Assembly: GCA_026770705.1 (NCBI GenBank)
Contig: JANJGN010000121.1
Span: 248,001-312,000 of the forward strand
Direction: 5' to 3'
From: Isurus oxyrinchus
Taxonomy: Eukaryota
Length of the DNA: 64,000 nucleotides
How positions within the stretch are numbered: the stretch's first letter is position 1; every line of letters begins with the position of its first letter. Of the stretch, positions 11,701 to 22,900 are shown one piece after another. The position numbers and the translations under genes are program-made. Under the pieces are notes generated by a model. The model worked only from the letters and a program-made list of their open reading frames with translations. It did no database searches and had not been told where the DNA came from.

Positions 11701-14700
11701 GTCCAACTGGGGAGAGAAATATCAATATTTAACTCTGGATGTTTTTTCGATCCACTAGACTTGATATCCACCCCCTCCATCACTGGGGCACATTGGCTGC
11801 AGTGTGGACCATCTACAGGACACACAAGGAACTCCCCAAGGTTTCACAATGGATGGAAGAGAATCCTGGACGCAGGAGTGGACAAGTTCATTCTACATTG
11901 GCTCATGGTCCTCAGGAACCTGTTTAGCTTTTTTTCAAATTATTCATTCATGGGATTTATTGCCCATCCCATGTCCATCAGAGGTATTTAAGAGTCAACC
12001 ACATTGCTGTGGGTTTGGAGTGACATGTAGGCCAGACTGGGTAAGGCTGGCAGATTTCCTTCCCTATAGGTGATCAGTGAACCAGGCTTTTTAATCCCAT
12101 TCATCTGCTGTGATAGGATTCACACCCAGGGCCCCAGAGCATCACCCTGGGCCTCTGGAATACCAGCCCAGTGACAATACCTCTCTGCTACCGCTTCCCC
12201 TTAGTGAAGCCAGTCTTCCACCCAACACAGTGTCTACAAGACACACCAATTGAGATCCATTCAGTGCTGATTTACAAGACAGGACAATGGATTAGGAGCC
12301 CTCAGAACTCCCCCCATTATCACCGTCATGAATCACTAATTAGCCTAACATTCTTGTCTGCTCTTCAACACAGCTGATTGGCTAATGTGATTCAATCTGA
12401 TTGGTGTTCATTCCCTCTTCAATGTTTAAGGAATCACCAATCACTCGGCCTCTAGTTATTCTCCTCCCCACAAGAGGGAACATTCTCTGTCTACCCAATC
12501 AATCAAAACATTTCATCTAAACCTAGTGGTGCTTGAGTATATAGTCGGGAATCCAGGGCAATGGAGCATCAGGAGATGAGATGGAAACCCTGTGAGGTGG
12601 AACGTCACTGAGGCCATCCGAGTTGAAGCGACTTTTGGAGAGAATTCCAAGGCAAGATCTTCGAAGTTGAAGATTGGAATCCCTCATGAGAGAAACAGAG
12701 TTTCAGTGAGATTGGTTGACTGACAGTGTTCACTGATGTCCGGGTGGGTTGTTGTGAAATCCATGGGCTCTATCTTGGTCGCGTTTACAATTTAATGAGT
12801 AATGTGGCTGTGAGACCACAGTTTGCCTGTTAATTCACATGAGCTCATATTAATCCAGAATGTTAGGGTATAAGGTGGATATTGTGAATTATTTTATCTT
12901 TCTGAGCTGGTGCAGTAACGTTTATTTTTATTTGTTTAAAAGCCATGGAATCTTGTAGCTTTATTCTCTTGGCAAGCGTCTTAAATCTCAAACCTCGTCT
13001 ACTTGAAACAAAATATTATTGGTTCCTAACTGTAAATTACGAAAAAAAATTGGTTTCTGTTCCTCCATCAGCAACTCTTCAGAATCCTGCTGAAGTCACG
13101 GATATTTCAGAAGGACAGGGAACAAGAGGTTTCTGGTATCAGCGTTTTGTGTGGGGCCCAGTTCAGTTTGAACAAATAAACAACACCATCTTTGAAAGTC
13201 ATGAACCCACCGCAGCGGCACCTCCGACACATGCAGAGCTCAGGCGAGAGGCGCTTTGTTAGTGTGTTTCACAGGGTCTGCTGGAGTAGGGTCAGTGCTG
13301 AGAGGGTCTGCTCAAGGATCATAACAACCTGCACTTGCACCTTCCAAGTAATAAGATTTTGTAAATGTATTCATTCATGGGATGTGGGCGTCGCTGCCAA
13401 GGCCAGCATTTACTGCCCATCTCTAATGTCCCGTGACATAATCTCTGTAGCAGAGTAGAGACAATCATGATCACTCAGGATATTTGACATCTATCCACAT
13501 GAGCAGCTTTGACTTCCTTCTCTCTTTCAGTTATCTTACTCCCTTATTGAAGTTTCTAGCATGGTGAGAACTGGATGGTTTGCTCGGACATTTCAGAGGA
13601 ACCACGTTGCTATGAGTCTGGAGTCACATGTAGGCCAGACCAGATATAGACGGCAGATTTCCTTCCCTAAAGGCCATTAGTGAACCAGATGGGTGTGTAT
13701 GACAATCGATGATAGTTTCATGGTCTCCATTACTGAGACTGACTCCCATTAGTGTAAACAGAGTGAACAGTTTTCCATTGATCCCACCTTTCCCGTTCTC
13801 TCCGGTATTTTACACACTATTGCTCGATAATTTGATTCTGCCAAGGACCCCTTGGAAAATCATGGACCCCAGTAAGACAACCGATGGAATAAGGAATCTC
13901 TTTGGATTCTCATTGTCTCAGGAATCTCTTTGGATCCTCATTGTCTAAGGGATTATTTCTGATCCACACCCCATATTGTTGTATTGTTGATTCCGATGCA
14001 GCATTGTAGACTGACTTGTCCCCAAGCTCAGCACTGACCCTACTCCAGCAGACCCTGAGAAACACACTAACAAAGTGCCTCTAGCCTGAGCTCTGCATGT
14101 GTCGGAGATGCCGCTGTGGTGGGTTCATGACTTTCAAAGATGGTGTTGTCATTTTTTTTGTTCCAACTGAACTGGGCCCCACATGAAATGCTGATACCAG
14201 AAACCTCTTGTTCCCTGTCCTTCTGAAACATCTGTGATTCAGCAGGATTCTGAAGATTTGCTGACAAGGGTCTTAAATTGTCTGATTGTTGATTGATACA
14301 ACACAGGAGGAGCTCATGTGACTCATCGTGCATGTGCTGGCTCTTTCCCAATTCCTCTCCAGCACCTTTCACACAGCCCTGCAAATTTCCCTTCAAGTAT
14401 TTATCCAGTTCCCCTTCTGAAAGTTCCTGTTGAATCTGCTTCCACCGCCCTTTCAGGCAGTGAGTCAATGGTCTCTCTCTGAGCTGCAACGTGCCCAGAT
14501 TCTGTGAAATTTAAACTCTGCAGCAGATCAGAGACACTCATGATAACTCAGAATATTTGACAGTTTTACACACAGACAGCTTTGCCTCCCTTCTCTCTTT
14601 CAGTTATCTTGCTCCCTTATTGAAGTATCTAGCATGGTGAGAATGGAGAGGAAGTGTGACACTGAACAGCCTGTCTATTCTAGGAGCTGCTGTGCTGTCT

Positions 14701-15177
14701 TCATGGGAAGTTTTGAATAATGGCAGCAAAGGATACAAATTTCAGGTTATTGCTATCGGAAAACTCTCATTAGGATAGGCTTCACCCACCAGGTTTTATC
14801 CCTGCTTCTCTATTCAATCCATCAATCCCCATTGCTCACTGACCAACGTCTGACAGCACCTGAATTTTGAGATTCTGCTCTCGCTGCTACAAACCTGCCT
14901 ATCCCTGTACACTCCTCCAGCCCCTACAACCCTCCAAGGCCTCTGCTGTCCTCCAATTCTGCTGTCAGACAGGGAGTCAGTGTATATCAGTGACCACAGG
15001 GGTGATGGATGAATGGGACATAGTGTGAGTTTGTACACTGGCTCACTGCTAAATCAGTTCCCAATTAGAGGTCAATAAGAATGTTCTTTTACAAAGACTA
15101 TTAACCATAAATCTGTCCGAGCTGATGATGATCTTACCTTGGAGAAGTGACAGGAGGAAGTAAGATTTCCCGATCAT
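469..15177 (-). CDS. Gene A (spliced, 3' end off-window): long-stalk Siglec-like receptor, L-V-C-miniC2-(linker+C2)x7-TM-cytoplasmic
   Basis: Exons 15138-15177, 11341-11706, 10185-10481, 9873-9965, 9575-9622, 8933-9214, 8629-8676, 7990-8271, 7601-7648, 6959-7240, 6480-6527, 5838-6119, 5401-5448, 4756-5037, 3498-3779, 3091-3138, 2462-2743, 1245-1341, 469-550. All have AG/GT boundaries with matching phases and sum to 3237 nt (1079 codons) with no stop. Confidence 0.82.
1245..1341 (-). CDS. Gene A transmembrane exon (RDSSKWTVGLFTAGIMLSVFLAGIFIFICVRK)
   Basis: tttttacag acceptor, gtaagt donor, uncharged hydrophobic stretch followed by RK; identical to 22069-22165. Confidence 0.88.
1892..2135 (+). 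mobile_element. RTE-like LINE 3' fragment
   Basis: LVLTTIEGE..RKG..W resembles the RTE ORF C-terminus; longer copy at 25886-26190 with ISWMDRKTNEWL. Confidence 0.5.
2159..2230 (-). pseudogene. 3' remnant of a C2 exon (DYQSVAENEHGAVEGFITITVE)
   Basis: Last ~22 codons plus the gtgag donor of the C2 exon; the upstream part is replaced by unrelated sequence; Cys changed to Ser; same relic at 26214-26285. Confidence 0.7.
2462..2743 (-). CDS. Gene A Ig C2-type exon, repeat 7
   Basis: 282 nt, phase 1-1; C..W..DTGDYQC Ig signature. Confidence 0.88.
3091..3138 (-). CDS. Gene A 48-nt linker exon (LLHWSLSISSDSVLKE)
   Basis: tcctctctcag acceptor, AAG|gtaaa donor, phase 1-1, conserved across repeat units. 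Confidence 0.7.
3498..3779 (-). CDS. Gene A Ig C2-type exon, repeat 6
   Basis: 282 nt, phase 1-1, Ig signature. Confidence 0.88.
4756..5037 (-). CDS. Gene A Ig C2-type exon, repeat 5
   Basis: 282 nt, phase 1-1, Ig signature. Confidence 0.88.
5401..5448 (-). CDS. Gene A 48-nt linker exon
   Basis: Same splice sites and frame as the other linker copies. Confidence 0.7.
5838..6119 (-). CDS. Gene A Ig C2-type exon, repeat 4
   Basis: 282 nt, phase 1-1, Ig signature; AT-rich acceptor. Confidence 0.85.
6480..6527 (-). CDS. Gene A 48-nt linker exon
   Basis: Encodes LLHWSLSMSSDSVLKE; canonical splice sites. Confidence 0.7.
6784..6950. other. Assembly gap inside the C2 tandem array
   Basis: Run of N. 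Confidence 1.
6959..7240 (-). CDS. Gene A Ig C2-type exon, repeat 3
   Basis: 282 nt, phase 1-1, Ig signature. Confidence 0.88.
7601..7648 (-). CDS. Gene A 48-nt linker exon
   Basis: Canonical splice sites, phase 1-1. Confidence 0.7.
7990..8271 (-). CDS. Gene A Ig C2-type exon, repeat 2
   Basis: 282 nt, phase 1-1, Ig signature. Confidence 0.88.
8629..8676 (-). CDS. Gene A 48-nt linker exon
   Basis: Canonical splice sites, phase 1-1. Confidence 0.7.
8933..9214 (-). CDS. Gene A Ig C2-type exon, repeat 1
   Basis: 282 nt, phase 1-1, Ig signature. Confidence 0.88.
9575..9622 (-). CDS. Gene A 48-nt linker exon
   Basis: Encodes LLHWSLSISSESVLKE; canonical splice sites. Confidence 0.7.
9873..9965 (-). 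CDS. Gene A internally deleted C2 exon (31 aa, DAPQNLSFTSLDMINASSINIIEGFITITVE)
   Basis: Both splice sites intact; 189-nt in-frame deletion between two GAGGGG sites. Confidence 0.65.
10185..10481 (-). CDS. Gene A Siglec domain-2 C-set exon
   Basis: DFTDKPTI..SCTFNTTCNGTAAPVLTW..SVLTLIPSLKHHGHTLSCRV resembles CD33/MAG domain 2, including the extra inter-domain Cys; 297 nt, phase 1-1. Confidence 0.9.
11341..11706 (-). CDS. Gene A Siglec V-set exon with the essential Arg
   Basis: EGSCVRIPC, GDCSLII and DAGPYFFRIE..SYSY give the Siglec cysteine pattern (no F-strand Cys) and the YFFR motif as in CD33. Confidence 0.93.
13070..14265. repeat. Inverted repeat, arms about 235 bp (13070-13302 and 14027-14265)
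   Basis: The arms are reverse complements, for example aacaccatctttgaaagtcatgaacccacc and its reverse complement. Confidence 0.85.
15138..15177 (-). CDS. Gene A signal-peptide exon, coding part (MIGKSYFLLSLLQ)
   Basis: ATG, 13 codons, then G|gtaag; joins the V exon to give ...LLQVGLS-QE; exon acceptor at 15219. Confidence 0.8.
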
Positions 15178-15609
15178 TGTCTGCTCCCAGATATTTCCTC
15201 AGCATCTAACTCTGAAGTTCTGAAAGAGAAAAGAGTTAATGAGACTTCACCTCTTGTCCGAATGCTCTCGAGAGATCAGAACTGCTTTTAGACAATATCT
15301 TCACAGACTAATTTGATTCTCTGTGGGATGATAGGTGTTCTGCAGAGAGTTACAAGCCTTTCAGAAAGAAAAACAATGAAGGACTTGCATTTCTATAGCA
15401 CCTTTCACCACCTCAGGATGCCCCAAGCTCATGTCCCTTGAGCTAGAAAGATGTTCTGTACAACAGACTTGAGTCTCACACCCAGATCTCAATAATCAGT
15501 AGAAATCTTTCAAAGGCATCGATCATTGGAATCTGTCTTTATAAAGTCACAACATCAACAAAGGACGGTGTTGGTCGTGGAAGTGAATTCCAATCGTTCT
15601 GTTACTTAC

Positions 15610-15750
15610 CCAGGACCTGTCCGACTGCTCGCCTGGGGAGGAACTGCCCACACGCTCTGCTTGGGCTGAATGACCTCTTCCTGTGCTGCTCCCTCTGTGT
15701 ATTTAATTAGAAAGAGCTGATGTGTCTCAGTGAGTCAAAATGAGGAAGCT
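15610..15750 (-). promoter_or_regulatory. Putative 5'UTR exon (15610-15694) and promoter with AP-1 (TGAGTCA) and ETS/PU.1-like (GAGGAAG) sites
   Basis: TGG|gtaagt donor at 15610; motifs at 15731-15748; block repeated upstream of every leader exon. Confidence 0.5.
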
Positions 15751-15899
15751 GGAACAAAGTGGGAGAACAGCACTTTGCTGTGCACTGTCAGTAAACCCTG
15801 TGTCTGTATAAGAATATAAGAACAGAACAAGTAGGATCAGCTGGACACCCTGACATTTTCATTCTTTATATTCCATCCACTCATTATTTTATCCACTCA

Positions 15900-16265
15900 C
15901 GGAAACTATTTATCTCCCTCTGCAGCCTCTTTGTGTCCTCCTCAGAACTAGCTTTCCTGCCCAGCTTATATATTTCCTACCTATCTTCACCACACAGTCA
16001 GAAAATCTGCCTACAGTACAGTCAGTCCCTTCATCCAAGTCACTAATGTAGATAGTGAATAGTTGAGGCCTCAGCACTGATCCCTGTGGCTCTCCACTAG
16101 TTACAGTTTACCAAGCTGAAAATCACCCATTTATCCTGGCTCTCTGTTTCCTGTCAGTTAGCCAGTCCTCTATCCGTATTAATATATCACCCCCAACACC
16201 ATCCAATTTCACCCTGTGCTGTATCCTTTGATGTGGCACCTTATCGAAAGCCTTTTGGAAATGCA
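15900..16265 (-). mobile_element. CR1-like LINE RT fragment
   Basis: Degenerate VPQGSVL and FQKAFDKVPH coding remnants on the minus strand. Confidence 0.6.
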
Positions 16266-16266
16266 A

Positions 16267-17095
16267 TGTCATGAAGAGATATTTGTGTGTAACGTGTGCT
16301 TGGAAATAATATTTTCAAATAGAATTCTAGTGGTGGTCCATGTATAGGGGTGTGTCTGTGTGTGTCTTAATTGGATTAAAGCCAGCTGCTCTGTGTGCTT
16401 TGATGTTTAGTAGTTTTGAGATGTTAATTGGGTGAATTGTGAGGAGAACAGTAAAGTGTTCATTTGCAATTGTTGAATAAACCATTCCAGACTGGGGGTA
16501 AAATCTTGCACCTAGTTAGAAGGAGCCAAAAGATGTGTTTTTTCTTGAACTTACTAATGAAATTGGTGCTATGAAAGGGGGTTTTATTGTTCGAAGAGCT
16601 GGAGTTCAGAAGACCGAGTGATACAATGGAAAATTTACATTCAAAGGGAAAGCTAGCTATATAAAGGAAGGAGTTTGTGTGTGTGAGGCAGGAGCATTTC
16701 AGACCGAACCAGCCTGTAGCCTCCAACCAACTTGCAAAGGAACCTCATTCGGAACTCGTAATGTCAAATGTGCTTTGCCTGGTGTCTATATTATGTCAAT
16801 GGTTCATTGTTGCCTTAGTAGAGATTTACGTGGGGTTGATTAATTTGGTGATTTGTTAAAAAGTTATTATAATAGTTATTTGTAGCCAATGTGTATGTGT
16901 TAATTTTGTTGTTAAATTAATAAATGGTTTATTTAGTTTTATATAAAAAAACCCACAAGCCTCCGTGGTCTTATTCCTACTGAATTCAACGACTTCATCT
17001 CGAAATTACAAATAGCAAAATTAGGTTATGACAGTTGTTTCAATTTTCCCTCTGGGATTTGAACAACTCAGCCTTTACCCTTGGCTGTGTCATAG
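16267..17095 (+). mobile_element. Solo-LTR-like element, related to 20416-21128
   Basis: Interrupts CR1 sequence; shares collinear blocks with the second copy; polyA-like signals; boundaries approximate. Confidence 0.4.
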
Positions 17096-17815
17096 TCCCT
17101 AATACACCACATCTACAGGTTCCCATTTATCCAATCCACTTGTTACATCCTCGAGGAAATCTAATTATTTTTTCAAACATGATATCCCTTTCACAAACCC
17201 ATGTTGACTCTGTCTGATTGAATTATGGATTTCTAAATGTCCTGCTGCTCCCTCCTTCATAATGAATTCTGGTATTTTCCCAATGACAGATATTAGACTA
17301 ACTGACCTGTGGTTTCTTGCTTTCTGCCTCCTCCCTTTATTGAACAGAGGTGTTTTATTTATGTTTTTCCAATGCGCTGGGACCTTCCCATAATCTAAGG
17401 AATTCTGGAAGATTACATCCAATGCATCCACCGTCTCTGCAGCCATTTCCTTTCAGACCCTCACATTCAGGCCGTCTGCTCCATGGGACTTGTCAGCATT
17501 TGTCTCATTAGTTTTCTTAATACTTTTTCTCTGGTGATAGTGATTGTTTTATGTTCCTCCCTCCTTGTTGCACCGTGACTTTCTCCTGCTATTGGGATGG
17601 TTTTAGAGATTTTTACTGTGAAGACAGACCCAAAATTCTTGTTGAAAGTCTCTGTCATTTCCTTGTTTCCCATTATTAATTCCCCAGTCTGATTTTCTAT
17701 GTGTCCCATTATTACTGTAGCTTCTCTCTTATTTTAATGTACAACATCTCACTGTCATTGTTTATGGTTCTTGCTAGTTTACTCTCATATCATCATTTCT
17801 GCCTCTTTATTATTC
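17095..17815 (-). mobile_element. CR1-like LINE ORF2 fragment
   Basis: WKNINKTPLFNKGRRQKARNHRSVSLISVIGK and SQHGFVKG are typical CR1 RT-region motifs. Confidence 0.85.
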
Positions 17816-19256
17816 TGCTGGGATCCTTCAGGTCAGATTTTTGACCTCGGCAGGGGTGCACAGGTCTGGGGGCGGTGAGGAATCCGACTATCGCCCGCGA
17901 TCAGCTCCGCGCTGCGATTTGACGTGGGCGGGCTAATAAAGGCCTGCCAGCATAAGATGTGGCTGCAGAATGAGTGCAAAGGGGCGGGCAGAGGTGGGTG
18001 CTTAGTGACTGCTTGGACCAATGGTGACCCAGCGGCCGATTGAAATCTGGCCACGGCAACCTTCAAAAGGCTTCCGGTGAAGGACGTTGAAATCATGGTG
18101 GACAGCGTTCCGGGTGGAGGGGCATTCGGCCCTGCGTTTCCCTGATGAGTGATGCTGCCCTCTTGGAGGGTGTGGATATTGACCCCCCTGATCCCCCTCC
18201 CCCACTTCGCCATTCTATCCTGGGAGACCTGCCAGGTTCCTTGTTCCAGCTGCGATGGGCAGCCCTTCCACACTTTCCTGTGGGCCCCACCCTTCATGTC
18301 CAAAAGCGCTAAGTTAGAGCAGGGATGGAGAAATGAACAGGGGGCGTGGGATAAGTGTGGGGGTCTCACAGCCAGAACAGATGCTGCCTCGGGAGTGGGG
18401 GGGAGGTTTCACCAGCTCTCTGTCTTAACATCGTAACCACAGTGTGAAGATTGTCCCCATTCCCTGTATCTTAATAATATTGTAAAGACAACTGGGAGAT
18501 GTGCTGCAATCACTGAGAAAGTATCTGGTGTGCTTACAGCACCACCACTGGCAAGAGAGTGTAAGTACAGTGTGACATGTTTACATGGGAAATTCTCATG
18601 ATAAATGTGGACACAGGAATTTACATAATTTGGTGGGGAAATGCAATGACATGAAGTAACAGATTGGAGCAGGGAGGTTGTCCCAGAGTAAGATGTTTAA
18701 TAAAAATATATCTGTACAGAGTTGTCTGGGCATTTCAATCCCTTGTGACAATAAATGTAATATTATAGAAAATGCAAAAGCTTCTTGTAATCTATCACAG
18801 AATAAACAAGTTGCAGAATTCAGAAAGCACATTCTGAAATGTTAACAATGTTCAGTGACGTCACATTTCTGCTAATTACTATTCGGCCATGTTGGCTGCA
18901 CGCAGTCAGGCAGTCCCTCGGTTGTGATGTGTCCACACAGCAGGACTGGGATGCATCAGCATCAAAGGACATGCTTAGTTGTTGCCGTGCAATGCATTTA
19001 TTGCGAGCCTGTTGCACACACGCCCTGTCGAAGGATTCTCCGTGTTTGCATTCTGAATCGAGGCAGATAAACGTTACTACAACAACTTGCATTTATATAG
19101 CACACTTAAAGTAGCAAACTGTCCCAAAGCTCTTCAGGGGATTGTTAACCACATATAAATCCATCTCTGAGACAAATAATGAGATATAAGGGACAGGTGA
19201 CAAAAAGCTGAGTTAACAAAGCCAGTTAATAAGGACCATGTTAAAGGAGGAGAGAG

Positions 19257-19431
19257 NNNNNNNNNNNNNNNNNNNNNNNNNNNNNNNNNNNNNNNNNNNN
19301 NNNNNNNNNNNNNNNNNNNNNNNNNNNNNNNNNNNNNNNNNNNNNNNNNNNNNNNNNNNNNNNNNNNNNNNNNNNNNNNNNNNNNNNNNNNNNNNNNNNN
19401 NNNNNNNNNNNNNNNNNNNNNNNNNNNNNNN
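19257..19431. other. Assembly gap
   Basis: Run of N. Confidence 1.
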
Positions 19432-19657
19432 GAGTGACAGACTGGGAGAAAGAGAGACACTGAATCTCTGTCCCCAATGACTCAGCATCAAGTCGTCACT
19501 GGGGAAACATTTCATTCCAAACCACACCAACCACAGACCCATTCAGTCCCTTCCTCCCTCTCTCCTCCTCTCCCCCAGTGGGTTGTCTCATGTTCCAAGG
19601 AATCACAATCCCTGCCCCCATCCACAAACCTCCTCACCCCCTCTCCCCGTTTCACAA

Positions 19658-19906
19658 TCAGTTTCGCTTGAATCTGATCTGTGCGTATTCCGTCTTCTCT
19701 TCCCTGTGGACAGACCCATCACCACTGGGCACCCTGAAGACTTGGGGATTGGCATAGAGAAGGTCGTTGGGATTGTCAGGGATTCCATGTCCAGCATTGC
19801 CTCCCACTGCACCTTCAGAGAGACCCCGGGGAACTGGGGTCTCCCCCTCGCTAGTTGTGTCTCTGGTTGTGTTCCGGGGCTCAGTAATCAGCACGTTCTG
19901 TTTACC
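19658..19906 (-). CDS. Gene B terminal exon with LLYANP (degenerate ITIM) and TEYAQI (ITSM-like)
   Basis: tttctctgtag acceptor, phase 0; ...DLLYANPQVFRVPSGDGSVHREEKTEYAQIRFKRN* has the motif spacing typical of CD33-related Siglec tails. Confidence 0.85.
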   Translation of the reverse strand, partial: GKQNVLITEPRNTTRDTTSEGETPVPRGLSEGAVGGNAGHGIPDNPNDLLYANPQVFRVPSGDGSVHREEKTEYAQIRFKRN

Positions 19907-22900
19907 CTACAGAGAAATGGAAACAGAAGACATCCTCACATCAATTACTGGCACTGATAGGGTTAAATTATTGTGCAGCCTGGTTAGTGTCAGTCGTGTC
20001 TCAGTTGGTTTAACTCTCTCTCTCATATCATATAAAAGAAACCACCTATGGCAGGGCAGCACTCCTTCAGTACTGACCCCCGACAGCGCAGCACTCCCTC
20101 AGTACTGACCCTCTGTCAGTCTCGGACTCCCTCAGTACTGACCCCCGACAGCGCAGCACTCCCTCAGTACTGACCCTCTGTCAGTCTCGGACTCCCTCAG
20201 TACTGACCCCTGACAGCGCAGCACTCCCTCAGGACTGACCCTCTGTCAGTCTCGCACTCCCTCGGTAATGGCTCTGGTGAGTGCCGGCTTGGATTCTGCA
20301 CTCAGGTGCCTGGTGTGAGGCTCAATAACATGCACCTTGTAATCAGAGAGAGGATGAGAGGGAAGAGAAAGAGAGAAAGGGATAGAGATAGGGTGTTATT
20401 AATCTATTAACGTATGTAATGTAATTGGAAATTGTCTTTTTAAACAGGGGTTTAGTCTGTGGGTGTGTCTGTGAGTGTTTTAATTGGATTAAAGCCAGCC
20501 AGTCTGGGTACTTTGATGTCAAGTAGTTTTGAGATGTAAACAAAGAGGTAAAGGGGTAATTTGCATCTTTAAACAGAGCACTCAATGTCTGGGAGTGAAA
20601 TCTTAAACGAAGCAATGTTTATATTACTAATAAAATTGATACGATGAAGGGTGGAGTTCAAAGGTCCTGATGATACAATGAGAATTTACATTCAAAGAGA
20701 AGCATTGGGTATAACTTGAGCAGTTTTTTGTGTGCAGAGCAGAGGCTTGTAACATCAAAGCAGCTGTAAGCCTACACCTGTCTGCAAAGGAACCAAAGTG
20801 AAAGGAACCTCATTTGGAATTTGTGAGGTGAAAATGCTTTGCTGGAATCTGCTTAAAGTCTATGTGTTGTCTTAGAGGAGATTAGTTTGGGAATTTGTTA
20901 AAGTTATGATAATACTAGTTTGTAGCCATGTGCATATGTTTAACTTGTGTTAATTAATAAATGTCTCATGTAGATTGATATAAAACCATCTCGAGAACTG
21001 GTGGTCTTATTCCTGAATTTAGAGCTGCATCTCAAACATTCCACTGGGAAATATAGGTTATGACAGTTGTTTAAAGTTTCCCTCTGGGATTTGAAACAAC
21101 AGCCTTTAACAGTTGCTGTGTCATAACAGAGAGACAGCATGATACTGAACCATTGCTGACTCCACAGATACAAATCAGTGGGTGACTGGGCTGGGAATCT
21201 GGGACATGTGTTGTCTACACACTGAGATTGAAGCTTTGGAGTGAGTGTAAACAGCTCCTGTACCTGGTGCTTCACAGAGAGTGGACTGGGAATCAATGCA
21301 ATGTCACTGGTCCCTGAAACTCTCTCCGCCATTGCTGTCTTTCTCCTGCAATAACACAATATCACACTGTGGTTATCATATAGCAGAGAGTCAGTGCAGC
21401 ACAGACACAGAGCTCACTGTAACCTTACACCAATGACTGGACTGTCTCTTTAAATCACTTCTGCACAAAGCACAGAATCAAGAAGCTTGACACCATCCAG
21501 GACAAAGCAGCCCGATTGATCTACACCCCATCCACCACATTAAACATTCACTCCCTCCACAACGAACACACAGTGGCAGCAGTGTGTGTACCATCTACAA
21601 GATGCACTGCAGCAACTCAGCAAGGCTCCTTCGTCAGCACCTTCCAAACCCACGACCTCTACCATCTAGAAGGACAAGGGCAGCAGACACATGGGAACGC
21701 CACCACCTGGAAGTTCCCCTCCAAGTCACTCACCATCCTGACTTGGAAATATATCATCGTTCCTTCACTGTCACTGGGTCAAAATCCTGGAACTCCCTCT
21801 CTAACAGCACTGTGGGTGTACCTACACCACATGGACTGCAGCGGGTCAAGAAGGCAGCTCACTACCTCCTTCTCAAGGGGCAATTAGAGATGGGCAATTT
21901 AATAACGGCCTCACCAGTGACAGTCACATTCGATGAAAGAATTTAAAATCTCACAGCTCAGGAGGAAGCCACTCAGCCCATCGTGCCTGTGCTGGCCCTT
22001 TGTAAAAACTGTCCAAATAGTCCTAAGCAAATGTTTATATTAAAATCAAGTTAAATCTTCAGACTTACTTTCTCACACAGATGAAGATGAAGATTCCAGC
22101 CAGGAAAACACTCAACATGATCCCAGCCGTGAACAATCCTACTGTCCATTTACTGGAGTCTCTACCTGTAAAAACAGTCATTAATTACTGCACTACAGGT
22201 TTACAATGATGCTCCGATGTATCTCGAGAAGCGATACACTCACTCAGTGTTTAAATACTCATTCTCGGGCAATGCTGACATTTATTGTCCATCCCTAGTT
22301 TCCCCTTGAGAAGGTGGTGGGGGGTCTTCCTCCTGAACCACTGGTTTGTCCCAAACTGGGAGACCAGTTCAGAGGGCAGGTAAGAGTTAACCATGTTGGT
22401 GTTTGAGACTGGAGTCACATATACACCCAGACCTGTTAAAATGGACAGGTTTCCCTCCCTTAAGATCATTAGTGACCCATATTATATATGTAATTTATAT
22501 ATATATGTATCAACTACCCTCCCTAAAATAATCAATTATCACCTCAATTTCATGCTGTTGTTTGTGGGATCTTGCTGTGCACAAATCAGCTGTTGCGTTT
22601 CTTACATGATGACAGTGAGCTCACTTTGAAACTGCTTCACTGGTTATCGAGCGTTTTGGGAATTCCTAAGTATTTTATCAACGCAAGTCTTATATTTTGA
22701 TTTAATCCATGTAACATTTATATATAATATTTATCAATGTGATCCCTATAGCATAAATTTATAATATTTATCAATATAATCTATGTAACATTTATATATA
22801 ATTTTTATCCATTTAATTTCTGTAATATTTATATATAATGTTTCTCGATCTAATCCATGTAACATTTATATATAACATTTATCAATGTAATATATGTAAC

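Noticed and set aside
17830-18420. GC-rich island with several overlapping ORFs
   Set aside because: No recognisable domain or splice structure; probably a dispersed repeat insertion that I cannot classify
18540-18950. Conserved non-coding block also near 39640-40060, 42160-42270 and (inverted) 49290-49370
   Set aside because: Occurs in both orientations and in different gene contexts, so it is more likely an old dispersed repeat than a cluster-specific element
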